In this document: positions 37,901 to 52,037 of the stretch, piece after piece | How the letters are laid out: each line of letters opens with the position of its first letter | How positions within the stretch are numbered: position 1 is the stretch's first letter | Origin: Azolla caroliniana | Taxonomy: Eukaryota; Plantae; Polypodiophyta | Length of the DNA: 64,000 nucleotides | Direction of reading: 5' to 3' | NCBI GenBank assembly: GCA_043228905.1 | Contig: JBHGNT010000008.1 | Coordinates: 11,594,001 to 11,658,000 of the forward strand | The notes under the pieces: model-generated | Database searches by the model: none | The model's input: only the letters and a program-made list of their open reading frames with translations | Told to the model about the DNA's origin: nothing | Position numbers and translations under genes: made by a program

Positions 37901-38558
37901 GTGGATGTCGTGAAGATTTTCGACAATGGTGTGAAAATCACATAAAACGTACAAAATTGAGTATGAATCACATAAAACAATAATAGTGAAGATAACATTT
38001 TAAATAAGTTTAATATCTAAGTACAAAATGATGGAGGTCTTCAAGAGCTTTCAAATGCACTTTATTACACGAGAAAGGGACAACTAGATGTCAAGATAAG
38101 AGGGTATAAAGTTTGTGAAAGGAAAAGAGAAAATTGTGAGATGTCCCATATAGGCATGACAAATATAGCTCTCATCATATATAAGGTAGAGCAAAAGCTA
38201 TTATCTTTGTGTCTATGTGTGGGGCATAGAGAGGTCAAGATAAATTGAACTAAGAGTGGAGGTGGCCTAGCCACTCATAAAGGTTTTGGTTGGTGGCACA
38301 CTGGCAACCGGTGATCCGACGGAGCCGGCGAGCCGGTGGAACCAACATCCGACGAGGCGACGACATCCGGCGAACCGGCGACTAGATAAATAATACAAGG
38401 AGGACAAGTAAGGATTCGAACCTTGCACCTCCAAGTTAGGAGTCAATTGGCTTACCATTAAGCCAACATATTTAATCGAAATTATATTTCTATCATCGTA
38501 CTTTTACATGAAATTCTTATGCATGAGAGCTAAAATGAGTGACATGGTTATCACGACA
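31929..38558 (+). mobile_element. Gypsy element B (tRNA-Trp primed), nested in D; RT C-term and RNase H deleted; 3' LTR internally deleted
   Basis: 5' LTR 31929-32991 (TGTCGTGAAG...TTCACGACA); 3' LTR 37906-38558; flanks ACGA/ACGG (possible 4-bp TSD); gag-PR 33013-35258 (CVWCDSMDHMRRDC, LIDHGSEIN); RT from 35558; IN 36388-37833. Confidence 0.93.
33000..33017 (+). promoter_or_regulatory. Primer binding site complementary to tRNA-Trp 3' end
   Basis: TGGTGAACCCGACGTGAA matches the recalled plant tRNA-Trp 3' end (TTCACGTCGGGTTCACCA); 8 nt after the LTR. Confidence 0.85.
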
Positions 38559-40099
38559 ACGGTGCTCACTAGAGCGGAGACTGGAATCGGAGCAACCATT
38601 GATGTGGTCCTCACTGGAGCAGAAATGGTAGTTGTCCCCAAAACATGAGTGGGAGCAACCATTGACATGGTCCTCACAGAAGTAGGAGGCCAAACAAATG
38701 GCGGAGCATTAGCTTGATGAAGAGTGGAAGTAATCCCTTGTGGGCAAGAATTCAAGGTGAATGTGATGGAGCGAGATCGCCAATCCACGATTGGATTGTG
38801 TGTCTCGAGCCATGATAACCCCAAGATGATAGGATGTCGAGGTGATGTGATGAGGTTAAAAATAATTTCTTCCTGGTGGGCTCCTATGTGAAGACTCAAG
38901 GGAATTGTTGTATCTGTGATTACACCAGAAGAGAGCGTTTGACCGTCGATCACTTCAACTAGAATCGGGACAGTTATTTTGTTGCTTGGAATGTTGTGTG
39001 TCCGTGCAAACATGATGTGAATAAAGCACGACGTAGCTTGTTGTGTGAAGCTTGTTGTCGAAGAAGTCAGTTGATTGGGCCCTTGACACAATTGTTGACT
39101 CTTGTGGTCCAAATACATAGCCCCTACTGCAACTGGACATTGGAGTTTTCATGTTGGCAGAAAATGTTAACCCCATCCACACGATGTGGTGTTTGATGGG
39201 GTTCCCTTTTTGGATAAGAATAGATCAAATGGCCAGGGCCGCCACAATAGAGACATAAATTGTTAGCGCGTCGATGTTGTCATTGCACATTAGTCAGTGG
39301 TCGATAGCGAATTCGATCGATATCCATTGGGGAGCTAGAATCTATGGCAGGAGTTGACGATGCAGATGAAGTGGCTGGCCAAGGTGGATGGATCTGAGGA
39401 CATACCTCTTGCCGAAACTCAAAGAGACAGTTATAGCAACGCACAGCTTGGGAAATAGCCTCATTCAAAGATGTAGGCTCAGGAAAGTTAAGAAAAAGAG
39501 TTTTTATCTCACCTTATAATCCTCGACGGAATTGATTGAGGAGGGCTTGTTCTTCCCATTCCACATCGCACGCGAGTTAAAGAAATTCAGATGCATAGAT
39601 TGATGCCGCACGTTCTCCTTGTTGTAACGCATATAGTTTGTTGAGCGTGGCTCGTCGTTTGTTAGTCTCCCCGAAAGTTGCCTCAAATTCGGTAAGAAAT
39701 TCTTGGAAGTCATTCAAGAGAGGTGAAGAAGTCTTTACTAGAGGGGTAAACAAGGCCTGTGCTTGTCCAGTGAGCAACGTGCCGATCAACCCAACTTGTC
39801 GAAAGTCATCAAAATATCGTCGGGGCTGAAGACGAATAATAAGGCGAATTTGTTTGATGACGCCTCTTAATCGTGACCTTGTTCCATTGAATTTTTCTGG
39901 CAAGCAGACATTAGCTTCTACAGCAGAAGGCTCAATAATCGGGTGAGGTATAACCGTCATTGTTGCTTGAAGTTCTTGAACAGAGTTTCATAAGCTCACA
40001 TTCTCATGTTGGAGTTAATGCAGCACCGCCAAAATTTGCTCAAGGTTACTAGATGATTCTGACATGATAGTGTATTTGAGAAAGAAGACAAAAAGAAGG

Positions 40100-40110
40100 A
40101 AGGAGATCAA
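40100..40110 (-). promoter_or_regulatory. Self-priming PBS of element D
   Basis: Minus-strand TTGATCTCCTT, 2 nt after the 5' LTR end (40113), complementary to minus-strand AAGGAGATCAA at 40232-40222, 32 nt after the TATA at 40264. Confidence 0.85.
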
Positions 40111-40465
40111 TCTATCATGGATGAACAATTAATTGGAAGACAAAGAGATGGCCAAGTTGCTGAGATAGAGAGATGGATAAGTTGATGACAATGAGTACGA
40201 ATATCTATTCCATGATTGGTGTTGATCTCCTTGATGTTAACAAGGGAGATCAAGCCTTTTTATACATATAGTGATGCATGATAAGCATGCTCATGCCAAG
40301 TCATACATAGTATAATATTAAGCATATTGATTCTTGCATGCCAAGTCTTACATACTCAATCTTACATACCACTCTTTATACAAAGGTTTAAAGTCTAAAG
40401 TCTTTCTAGGAGAAATATATATATACAAGGACCTAAGGCTTGAATTTGACTTGATGTTCATGACA

Positions 40466-41079
40466 CAAATGTTCGATTTGGAGACGCCAAATCAGCTGAA
40501 GGCCAAGTGGAAGAGGCACCAACACCGCGACATCAAGGGAGTTGCGAAAGGCCGCACGAGCAGACAAGCCGACCGAAAGGGTCGAGGCATGCGGAATTGA
40601 ACGGATCGAGGAGTGCGAGCGAGGCGTGAAGCCAAGAGAAGCCAGAGCGAAGATCCGGAAGAGCAAGCAGAACCTCAAGTTGAGCATTAGGGGGAGTCTT
40701 GAGATACAAGCCGGGTGCGTAAACCGGGTGCACAACGAGAGGCCGTAGCGGTGCAAAAACTAGGAGGTCGTTGGATAGATATTCCGTAGAGGAATATATT
40801 TTGGGAGTTAGTGTAGAGGCTCATTGATGACCATTGAAGTACGTGTCAGTACTTCTGTCAGTCCGTATGGACTTGTATAAAAGTGCTCTCTGAGCACATC
40901 CTATGTACAGAGTTTTAGAGTATTGTTTTGGAGTTGAGTTTTCTATGTTCTGCTCTCTCTGTCTCTCCCACGTACATTGAGTTGATTAAGGCTTTCCATT
41001 AAACCTTCCTCATCTTCTTTGTCTTTTTTCTGTTGATACCCGGTTATGTCTATTAAGCTTCCACACATATTCTTTTACA
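40466..41079 (+). mobile_element. 3' end of host Copia: 3' region, PPT, 3' LTR about 40697-41079
   Basis: Continues the sequence interrupted at 22492/28342; TGAGCATTAGGGGGAG PPT; LTR ends TTTTACA like the Copia LTR end at 54401. Confidence 0.75.
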
Positions 41080-41377
41080 CTAATAAGGCATGAGTGAGGC
41101 CGATCTGATGAAAATCCCACTCTGAGCAGATACGATCACCAAGACACAGTTAAGTGGACTGACTTACTTTAGGGGTGATCTAGCTCAGTGGAGTGCAAAT
41201 TTACAAGTTTTTCTTCTCATAAAGTATGATCTTGTAGAACTTGTTGGCTAGATGATTTCAGTCCAACTAAAATCTCACAATCTATTCTAGCAAACAATTC
41301 AACTAAAAGATCTTCAGGGGGTACTAGAGGAGTGTTGAAGAAGGCAAGCTAAGAGTCGGCCACTGAATCAAAACCAA

Positions 41378-41762
41378 GCTCTTATACTTGATGTTGGAAG
41401 CACGACCGTCAGTGCGGAACAAAACCAGCACCCTATAAGGTGAAGATCTTCAAGTTGATGGTTACCAAAGTCAGCAGGAACAAATTGACAAGAATATAAA
41501 GGCAATTGTAGCAGAAACAAGATCAAGATAGAGCAAAATAGGCAAAGACACACAAAGAGACACAAATTAGTGTAACTATATTATTCAAGAAGTTACAATA
41601 TGGCCTAACAACTCTCAACATCAACTTGGACTAGGTTACAAGTTTAGTTTATATATGCATTGAACTATAGCAACTACCCTTACAATATTTACATATATAG
41701 CCTAAACCTAGTCTGTCCAATGGGACAATGTGAATACATCCATTATAAGCTCGTATTCAACA
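41378..41762 (-). mobile_element. Possible decayed LTR (41392-41762) with degenerate tRNA-Met PBS
   Basis: TGTTG...CAACA termini; GCTCTTATACT at 41378-41388 resembles GCTCTGATACCA. Confidence 0.35.
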
Positions 41763-44700
41763 CTTTGACATCTTTTTCTTCCCATTCTCTTTGCGTGTCA
41801 ACCGTCTCTTCGGCTTCATCCGCAGGGATAACACAACTGAGTCTTCATCGCTCGCTCGCATTTCAATCGATTGGCCATTTCAACTCAGCTCTTCCATCAT
41901 CCCACTCAGCCAAAATGAAATCAGACTCTCATCTTCAGTGCCAATTTCTTCGTCCATTATCATGCTAGGCACATTAACCTCATCCTTAAAATTTGGCACG
42001 GAGTCCACGAGGGTCAGATTGGTTCGTGGTTGATACCACGTGGCCATTTTGTCACACACGATTGTTAGCCAGCTGGCAAGGAGTGGAGGACAGTCCAGAA
42101 TATGAAAGGGCAGAAATAATCGGAGGCTGTTATTAGGATATTAAGATTTTAGAGAAGTGAACGGACGGATCAAAATCGGTATGCCGATGCGGATCCGGAC
42201 CGGTTCATATTAGTGTGCCGGTTGGCACCGTTTTGTAGGCAAAGCCGGTGATCTATAAAAAGGCCCAATTACATTGTAAATGACGACGAATAATTAATAA
42301 AGCTCTTTTTCCTTATCTCTGTGTATTGATTACCATTCTATGCTAATTACTTTCTATCTTACGCGTGTATTAAGATTAAGGATCTGTTGCTTAAGTAACC
42401 GATTAAGGTCTGATTAATCGTCGGTCTAACTCTGTTTCACCGTAACACCCTTTGGTGAAGTGTCTTCTGTAGACACCCTGTGTTAGGCTATTGTTCGGCC
42501 CTAAGGAGTAACACAGTTTTTGGCGACCACGATTCCTACATAAGCGCAGGGAACAACGGCGGGAATGGATGACTAGACCAGCGAGCGGACCGGTTACGGA
42601 TCGAGCAAGGAGACTTGCTGAGCGGTTGCGGAAGCGAGAGGCCTTCCACCAAGCGGCGGAAGAAATTCGTGCCGATCAATCATTTTCCAAAGTGATCCGG
42701 CGAGTGGCTGAGGAGTCACTCCATTTGCAACAAGATTTCCACCCGGACGAAGGAAGCAGCTTGAGTAGTCTTCGGAAAATGGAATCCTTGTTGCAGGCAT
42801 TAGCTGCAGGAGACAGCGATTCTGAACCATTTCCGGCCTTTGAATCGGACTCAGACGGCGAATATAGTGCTCATTCTAATTACCACAGTAGTCATGACAC
42901 CCTAGACGGACCGACGAACGAGGAATCGGATACCTCACAGACACCGGAACCAGAATTGATAGAGCTGGAAGCCACAGATCGGCCAAGGACTGAGCAAACC
43001 CCAACAACTGAAGCAGAGGCGAAGAGACCTCCCACAAAGGAAGAAAGACCTCCGATAGAGGAGGCGGAGAGACCTCCGACGGAGGAGGAAGAGAGACCTC
43101 TGACACCACCAACCCGCGTTTCAACACTGGACGACGACATGTCGTTTCAATATCCCAAGTACAGGGATAATCCAAACGCAGAGGCCCATGTCTATGCATT
43201 TCAGCAGACTTGGGAAGTGAATCATGTGTCACAATGCTTAACCGCGGCCGAAGCAAAACGCTCAAAGATGGTGGAGTTCGGCATGACCCTAGAGGGGCCC
43301 GCTGCTAGATGGCGCCTGACGCAAGATACCAGTACCATCACGACGTTTGAGGCCTTGAAATCTAAATTCTTACATTTTTTTCACAAAGAAGTGGATCAAC
43401 AGGAAATGGTCGGCCTATTCTATACCATCAGGTAGGAGCCCACGGAGAACATTCAACAATTTGCAATCTGATTCCAGAGAATGCACCACCGGAGCTCAGT
43501 TGGGCACCACCGGAGGAAGAGACTAAGGTGATATTCCTTGTAGCACTCTGGGAACCCCTACGAACAGTGTGCACAATCATTGATTTCCGCACGAGTTCCG
43601 TCGACCAGTTCATAGACCGAGTTAGGGAAATGGAAAACTCCAGCTCGTGGCTGACGATGGGGGCACTCCAACGAATGTTACCGACTGATGAAGACCTCTG
43701 CTTTCAACAAGCAGTTCAATGTACGACTTGCCTGAATGTTGGACATTCGGCGCTGGAGTGCACCATGATTTCTCAATGCCTACTTTGCCATTCTAGAAAC
43801 CACACAATGGATCGGTGCGAGTATAACTTGTTGAATCGGCAAGCACCACCGGTCCAGCAAATCGAACCACGAAGCAACTAGGAGGAGGAAGAAGAGCGTT
43901 GGCGGCGAGAGGAGCATTATCGGCCGACACAAGATGTCTGGTACGGTGATCGAAGAAACGCTTATGACCGCGACTGGTATGATAGATATGATAGATATCG
44001 GGACTATAATGGGGAACGGAATGAGCGTTACAACCGGGATCACTCCCCGCAAGGGGAGGACTATGGCAAGTACGACGACTGACTCCGATAGGATTTCCGG
44101 AACAAAAAGCATTTCAACAAAAAACGGCATTTCAATAAAAAAGGGGGTCACCAATGGGAGCCAGAACAGGACCAAGGCCAAGCACTTACCACAGAACCTC
44201 AACCGGTGCCAGGGCGAAAGCAGAATCCAGCAACACCTGGAAGGCATACTGCTACTATTGCCGACAAGAGGGACACTACAGTAACCAATGTCCGGCGAAA
44301 AGCTACGATAAGCGACCAGCGGTAAACATGGTGGTAGCTGAGGTCGCGGACATACAACAAGTGACCACGAGGGAAAAAGGAAAAGCAATGGAGTGGGAAA
44401 CCCAAGAAGCCAGCCGGAAGTAGGCCCCCGAATGGGTAAAGAAGGCAAACGAGCAGAATGTGGCAAAACTGGAGCAACAAAAGGAGAATCTAGAGGAGCC
44501 CACCGGAAATAGCCAGGCAGAATGCCAAATCACGCTGCCATTAGGTCGGCTATTGCAGTTAGTACCTCGGTTTACGGAAGGACTGAAGATGGGAATGACT
44601 GCGGTCGGCATGCCACCGGCTCCGGCATTCTTTTCTAATTCGGAGGAAGGACCGATGGTAGTGGACACGAGCAGGGCAGCTATCACAACCATCGTCAAGG

Positions 44701-47700
44701 GACAAGAACTACCCAGAACGATTATAGACAGAGGATCCAGCGTGAATCTGATTAGCCTCCGAACTTGTAATACCCTGGGAATCTAGGACTGGGAGTCGTG
44801 CCCGTTTTGGCTCCGGATGGCGGACACAAGTTCAGTAAGACCTACCGGATTGATACGAGATTTGGAAGTGTCTATCTGAGGTCACGCATTCCGCATTTCG
44901 GCAGTAGTCCTCTAGCTCAATGCACAAGGAGCATACTCACTGTTGCTAGGCCGGCCATGGTTAAAAACAACGCACATCAAGCAAAACTGGTGGAAAAACA
45001 TAATCACTTTCCAGAGCGGCAAAGCGAAAGTATGGGTACCTACACAACCACGTTCAAGTATCGGCAAGGAGTTGACACCGTTGTATGCGGAATGTGTCAA
45101 CATGCTTGAAGGATTGGCTGCTGAGGAGGTCGATTAGTACTTACAGGAGAATCCAAAAATTGTACCCTTATTTGAAGTTGATGTCGCTGAAGTAATGGCA
45201 CCATACATAATACCGAAGGAGGCTGGCGAAGAACCAGATAAGGAAGCCATCAGAGAGTTACGGCAATCACAGGAAGGTTTGGAGAAGGAATTGGCAGTAT
45301 CTCAACGCGTAAAAGCCTCGCAGCTAGAAGAGGTAAACCTAGGCACCACAGAAGACGCAAGACCAGTTCACATCGCCAAAGAAATGACTCCCGAAAGGAA
45401 GACGACAATGATCACCTTATTAAAGGAGTTCTGGGATGTGTTCGCGTGGTCGTACGAAGACAGTTTCCTGGACGGGTTCAGCGGCTACAATCAGATCAGG
45501 ATGCACCCCGATGACCAGGAGAAAACTGCTTTTGTTACCGAATGGGGAGTATTTGTCGCCGTAGTCATGATGTTTAGACTTAAAATGGCGCCAACAACCT
45601 TTCAACGAATAATCATGGAGATTTTCGGAGAATTTATTCCAGCATTCATGCAGGTGTTCTTACACGATTTCACCGTGTATAGCCAGGAAGGGGAACACCT
45701 CCAATACCACCGACTATGTCTTGAGAAATGTAGGGTTTACCGGTTAAGCCTTAACCCGGCAAAATGCGTGTTCAGTGTGTCAAGCGGTGCACTACTAGGC
45801 CACATCGTTAGCAAGGACTGTATTGCAGTAGACCCGGACAAGGTCAAAGCAATTTTGGAGGCACCGGCACCCACCATGGCAAAAGCATTAAGTCGGTTCC
45901 TAGGACAAATCTGGTGCCATAGCCGGATGCTTCGGTATCTAGCAGACCTGGCCACACCATTGCATGCCGCGGTGCACCGGACACCGTTTCAATGGACGGA
46001 CACAGAAGAGGAAGCTTATCGAGCATTAAAAGTACTACTATCACAAGCACCAGTGGTGCAACCCCCGGATTGGTCTAAGGAATTCCACGTATTCGTAGAC
46101 GCGTCCGACATAGCAATAGGGAGTGCATTAATGCAGCTTACCGAACCCAAGTGGTACCGGCCCGTGTATTATGCTATCTGTAAGTTGTCCCGGGCAAAAC
46201 GGAATTACTCTACGATGGAAAGAGAAGCCTTGGGCATGATCTATAGCGTCACCAAGTTCCGACACTATCTATTGGGGAGGAAATTTTCCTTTCATGTCGA
46301 TCATTCGGCGCTACTTTACGTTGTCTCGAAAGCATCAATCACGGCTAAGCTGGCCCAGTGGACGCTATTATTATAGGAATTTGAGTTCGAGATATTTCAT
46401 CGGCCAGGCATACAACATGCGGTTGCGGATTATTTGAGCCGGTTAGACTCCGGAGAAACCGGTGACGGGGTCGCAGACGAAGTTCCGGATGCAGACTTGT
46501 TTAGGGTCACAGTCGAAACAGCAATAGATGGTACGATCCCCGAGGAGGACAAGTGGCTCACTAACCTGCACCAATTCCTAAGCACTGGATTACCTCCAGA
46601 GGAGATGAACAGAGACGAGCGGAAAAGATTAGCAGTACAAAGCCGACACTTCTGTCTACTACAGGACACACTGTACCATAAAGGCGCGGACGGCATATGG
46701 TGATGCGCGGTGCGCAACGACGAAAAAGACCAAATACTGCGCGAAGCACACTGTGGTGTTGCCGGAGTGCATTATGCTGGGGACGCTACGGCAAGGAAAA
46801 TATGGAAGAGTGGCCTATGGTGGCCAACAACATTAAAAGACGTCGTCCGGTATGCTAAAGAATGTGATTTGTGTCAGCGGATGGGCCAACCAACGGAACA
46901 GGCAAGAATACCTCACTAGCCGGTGCTGCCATTGGAACCATTTCAGAAATGGGGGATGGACTTCGTCGGCCCATTTAAAGCACCAGTAATGAGAACCGAC
47001 AACCGATACGTGATTGTCGCTACGGACTACTACACCAAGTGGGTGGAGGCCAAAGCACTACGTGACAACACCGCGGCATCCATGGCAAAGTTTTTATATG
47101 AATATATCTGGTGCCAGTATGGATGTCCGATCGAGCTAATCAGTGACCAAGGAGGGCATTTCCTAGGACAAGTGGTGGAGAGCTTGATGACATTCTATGT
47201 GGCGGTGCACAAGCGAAACACTCCGTATTATCTGCAAGCTAACGGATTAGCCGAATCCACAAATAAGACACTACAAAACATCCTTCGGAAAATCGTCAAT
47301 GAGAACCGGACGGATTGGGATACAAAGCTACACATTGCACTTTGGGCCTACTAGACAACATATAAGACAAGTATCTGGACAACGCCTTTCCGATTGGCAT
47401 TCGGATTGGAAGCGGTAATGCCGATCGAATTCCAGGTTCCTAGCTTGCGGTTAAAGATTAGGGAACGCCTGAACGAGAAGGAGTCGGAAACCATCCGGCT
47501 AGCAACACTATGCGAACTAGAGGAACACCGAATCACCAGCCTGATGCACATGGAACTGGAGCAACGGAGAAGGAAAGCATTCTTCAATCAACACCAGAAA
47601 GGTAACGGAAAAAGGTTCGGGATCGGCAAGCCAGTACTTGTATTCCAGACCCGGATGGGTAAGATGTCGAGGAAGCTACAGTTTCGGTGGACCAGACCAT

Positions 47701-48951
47701 ATTGGATTACATGGGAGTTCAGCGGTTCTTACCAACTAGGAACACTCGCCAGCGAAGTTATGGGCAAATGGGTGAATGGGTTTCGACTCAAACCATACTA
47801 TGGACCCATGCCACGGAACCCGTTTGAGCAGACAAAGGTTGACACAGCACCAGACACTGGTAAGCACAACGAGACGACAACCAGTCATGCAATCGGCAAG
47901 CACAATCCGGAGAAGGGTCCGTTTGGGCCGGATACATATTAACAAGATCGAATTAAAAAATTTAAAATAAAATAAAATAAAATTGAATCAAACCCAAACT
48001 ATGCGATGGCGAGGAGCAAACGGCCACGTGCAATGAAAAGGAGGGGTGAACGGGCACTTTGAAAAGCCAAGTAGTGGGCTATTTATAGCGCATTTTAAAA
48101 CGCCGCCACATGGCCCTTCATTGCCATTATAGTACACAACGTTCGCATGCGCAAGAATCAAGAAAGGCGCGAACATGCAAAAAGAAAACCTACACCGCGT
48201 GGAGGCCTTCTCATTTCGCGAACAGAGAATTGCAAACGCACACAGTCGATTGAAGATAATCATACGCAAGCACCCAGAGCCCCCTAACACACCTACCTAA
48301 CCAACAACCACCAACTCGGAAGGAGAAATGGACATATCGCACACAAAGCGGCGAGGATGGCTTATTTCGAGAGATCGCTCGTGTACTGCACAAGTATGGC
48401 CATGTGTACCCTCGACCCCCGGCAATGCCTGGGAACAGAGCCAAGTTAATTATCGCCACATATGAAGGTATACAGGTGGACTGATCGGTGTTGATCGCCG
48501 ACGAACTGCGCGCAGCCATCGACTCGGTAAGAGGGAAGGATGGAAGAAAAATATGGTCGGTGATGGTGCAATGGCTCACACTATTACCACCACCAGTGGA
48601 GCGCAACACGGCAAAGAACAACCGAAGGAACCTCCAAACCGGCTTCGAAACGGCAACAGCTATTGGCGGGTAAGGCAACCAAGGGGAAGGAGGCCGACAC
48701 TGAGAAAACGGAGAACGAGCGGCCTAGCCAGGCGGAGACGCAGGAGGCAACACCGACACAGCCAATAAAAATTACATTTTGTCGACCGGGTCAACAAGAG
48801 CCAGATGCCTTGGCCATGAAAATCAATCTTGGGACTCAAGAGGAGGAAACGGCGGAGGAGCCTAGCGAGCACCTCCAACGGCGCCAAAAGATGAGCACTG
48901 TAGACCATGCTAGGAAGCAATCGGGTCCTGAAAAGGATAGGACATTGATAC

Positions 48952-51900
48952 TGTTGGGAGACAGGTCCCTCCGGATGGCAAGGGAGAAGAACAGTGCCGA
49001 TGAACAAACTCGGCCGAGGCCGATAGGCCGAGGCCGAAACCGTATCAGGTGGACCGGAGAGGAAAGTTAGATCCAAAGACCCGGCCATGCATATTCCTCG
49101 GTTACGGTGACGATGAGTTCAGCTACTGAGTGTGGGACCTGGTCGACAAGAAGGTATTCCGGAGTCAAGATATTATCTTCATGGAGAACAAGACGCTCGC
49201 CGACTGGGAGTCGGAGAAGAAGATAATGAACTCCGATTCGACCGGTAAGGATCGACTCTACGATGAGCGGACCCAACCGGCAAGAGACCGGTTAGCACTC
49301 AAGGGACCATACGGTTACGGTAAGGATACCGAACGGGCTGAAGAAGAAGTAGAGGAAGCTGAAACCGGAACCGGCCAAGACCCCGGATCGGATTCCGATG
49401 AAGAGTAGATGGATGAGCCGGTCACCGAAGCCCAGAGACGGAGATATCCTCTCAGAGAGAGAAGGGCCCCCCGGAGATTTCCGGATGCAGAGCATGTTCT
49501 GCTGACCGACGAGGGGGAGCCGGAAAGCTTCGAAGAAGCGAAGGATGACACCCATAGCCGAAAATGGTTAAGTGCCATGCAGGACGAGATGGATTCCCTG
49601 CATGAGAACCATACGTACGAATTGGTGGAGTTGCCGAAAGGAAAGTGGGCACTCCGAAACAAGTGGGTGTACAAGTTGAAACCGGGAGATGCCGGCAACC
49701 CCCCGAGATACAAAGCCAGGATCGTGGTGAAGGGGTTCCAGCAGAAGAAGGGCGTGGACTTCGACGAGATATTTGCCCCGGTAGTAAAGATGACCTCCAT
49801 CCGGACGGTGCTGAGTATAGCAGCAAGAATGGACCTCGAGGTAAAGCAGTTGGATGTGAAGACGACATTCCTTCACGGCGACCTCGAAGAGGAGATCTAC
49901 ATGCAGCAACCGGAAGGATTTGTGGAGAAAGGGAAGGAGCACCTGGTATGTCAGCAGAAGAAGAGCTTGTACGGACTAAAGCAGGCTCCTCGACAATGGT
50001 ACCGGAAGTTCGATTCCTTCATGACCGATCAAGGGTACCACAAGACGCAGGCCGATCACTGCGTGTTTGTGAAGAAGTTTGAAGGAGGCGACTTCCTGAT
50101 ACTCCTTCTGTACGTGGACGACATGTTGATCGTCGGACGGGACCAAGTCAAAATACGGATGCTGAAGAAGGCTCTCAACCGGACCTTCTCAATGAAAGAC
50201 TTAGGTCCGGCAAGACAGATGTTGGGGATGCACATCATTCGGGACCGGTCAGTGAAGCAGTTATGGCTGTCACAGGAGAAGTACGTGACAAAGGTGCTTC
50301 ACCGGTTCAACATGTTAGATGCGAAACCGGTCGGATCGACACTTCCGGAAAACTGCAAGCTATCCAGTAAGCAAAGCCCAAAGACGAAAGAAGAGAAGGC
50401 GGATATGATGAAGATTCCATATGCCTCTGCCGTCGGGAGCTTGATGTACGCTATGGTGTGTACCCGACCGGATATAGGATACACAGTCGGAGTGGTGAAC
50501 CGGTTTATGAGAAATCCCGGCAAGGAGCATTGGAACGCGGTCAAATGGATACTCCGGTAGTTGAAGGGCACTTCAAATATGTGTCTCCGATTCGGCTCCG
50601 AAAAACCTCAACTTGACGGTTTTACCGATTCGGACATGTCGGCTGATGTGGATACTAGCTGGTCTACATCCGGGTATGTAATGACATGTGTAGGGGGAGC
50701 TATTTCGTGGTTGTCGAGGTTGCAGAAGACGGTTGCATTGTCAACCACGGAGGCGGAGTACATGGCGGCTGTGGAAGCCAGCAAGGAAATATTATGGATG
50801 AAGGACTTCATCGGAGAGCTCGGTATCCGGCAAGAGGAATACCGACTCTATTGCGACAGTCAAAGTGCCATCCACCTTGCTAAGAATGCGGCCTACCATT
50901 CCCGGACGAAGCATATCCAACGGAGGTATCAATGGATCCGGGAAAGAGTAGATGACCAGGAGTTCGCACTGACGAAGATCCACACGGCCGAGAACGGGTC
51001 AAATATGCTGACCAAAGTGCTGACACCAGACAAGCTGCACGCATGCCGGAAGAGGATCGGACTGGTAAGACACCCCATGCCGGAGTGAAGGGGGAGTTTG
51101 TTGGGAGACAGGTCCCTCCGGATGGGAAGGGAGAAGAACAGTGCCAATGAACAAACTCGGTCGAGGCCGATAGGCCGAGGCCGAAACCGTATGAGGTGGA
51201 CCCGGCTACGGAGAGCCAGATGGTGCAGACCCGGTATGATCCGGATGAGGAGTACCCAGCTACGGAGAGCCGGATGGTGCAGACCCGGTATGAACCGTAT
51301 GAGGTGGACCCGGCTACGGAGAGCCGGATGGTGCAGACCCGGTATGAACCGTATGAGGTGGACCTGGCTATGGAGAGCTGGATGGTGCAGACCCGGTATG
51401 AACCGGATGAGGAGTACCCGGCTACGGAGAGCCGGATGGTGCAGACCCGGTATGAACCGGATGAGGAGTACCCGGCTACAGAGAGCCGGATGGTGCAGAC
51501 CCGGTATGAACCGGATGAGGAGTACCCGGCTACGGAGAGCCGGATGGTGCAGACCCGGTATGAACCGGATGAAGAGACATATTCGTAAATATGTTTCTGA
51601 GAGTCCATCGAGGCTATCTTTCTAAATAACCGAAAAGTCATATTAGTATAAATTTGACTTAGGGCAAACCTTTAGTTTGAGTTGTTGTTGTCATTTTCTT
51701 GTTGGTGCAAGAAGAAGAGAGAGCACGTAATAGTGTGCAGAGAGAGAGAGAGAGAGAAAGAGGTTGTTGCCTCTATTGTAACCGCCGCCTATGGTGAAGA
51801 TCGTGAGCACGAGGTCGTTACCTCCGTGAACTCACTGTTTTGTACATTCCAACATAGTGATAGTTTGCAGCCTGTGGGCTGCCGTGGTTTTTTCCCTCTT

Positions 51901-52037
51901 TGGGTTTTCCACGTAAACATTCTCTGTGCCCTTTTCTCTCCTTTGTGTCGTGTGTTTTCCGTTTCCTGTTTCCTGTGTATGAAAAGAATCTCGGTTGTGG
52001 CCGAGCGTTGTGCATAAGGAGCGTTGAGTTCCCGTCA
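48952..52037 (+). mobile_element. Ty1/Copia element H (Tork/Tnt1-like), internally deleted
   Basis: TSD GATAC 48947-48951 and 52038-52042; 5' LTR remnant 48952-49057 fused to IN C-term; RT 49409-50560 (LLYVDDML); RH 50561-51088; PPT 51087-51096; 3' LTR 51099-52037. Confidence 0.95.
51184..51573 (+). repeat. 54-bp tandem repeat (about 7 copies, two variants) in U3 of the H LTR
   Basis: Unit GAACCGGATGAGGAGTACCCGGCTACGGAGAGCCGGATGGTGCAGACCCGGTAT. Confidence 0.95.

Larger units (their letters stand above)
28343..40465 (-). mobile_element. Chromovirus (Tcn1-like) element D with both LTRs and TSD, interrupted by element B
   Basis: LTRs 28343-28705 and 40113-40465; TSD CAAAT 28338-28342 and 40466-40470; PPT 28706-28718; gag 39280-40065, protease 38504-39118, RT 30982-31491, RH/IN/chromodomain 28872-30588. 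Confidence 0.95.

Noticed and set aside
43780-44698. Long antisense ORFs over gag/pol here and elsewhere
   Set aside because: Shadow ORFs of retrotransposon coding sequence with no motifs
50880-51641. CRISPR-like array or repeat-protein ORFs in three frames
   Set aside because: Contiguous 54-bp units with no unique spacers, inside a Copia LTR; the open frames follow from unit length and lack of stops
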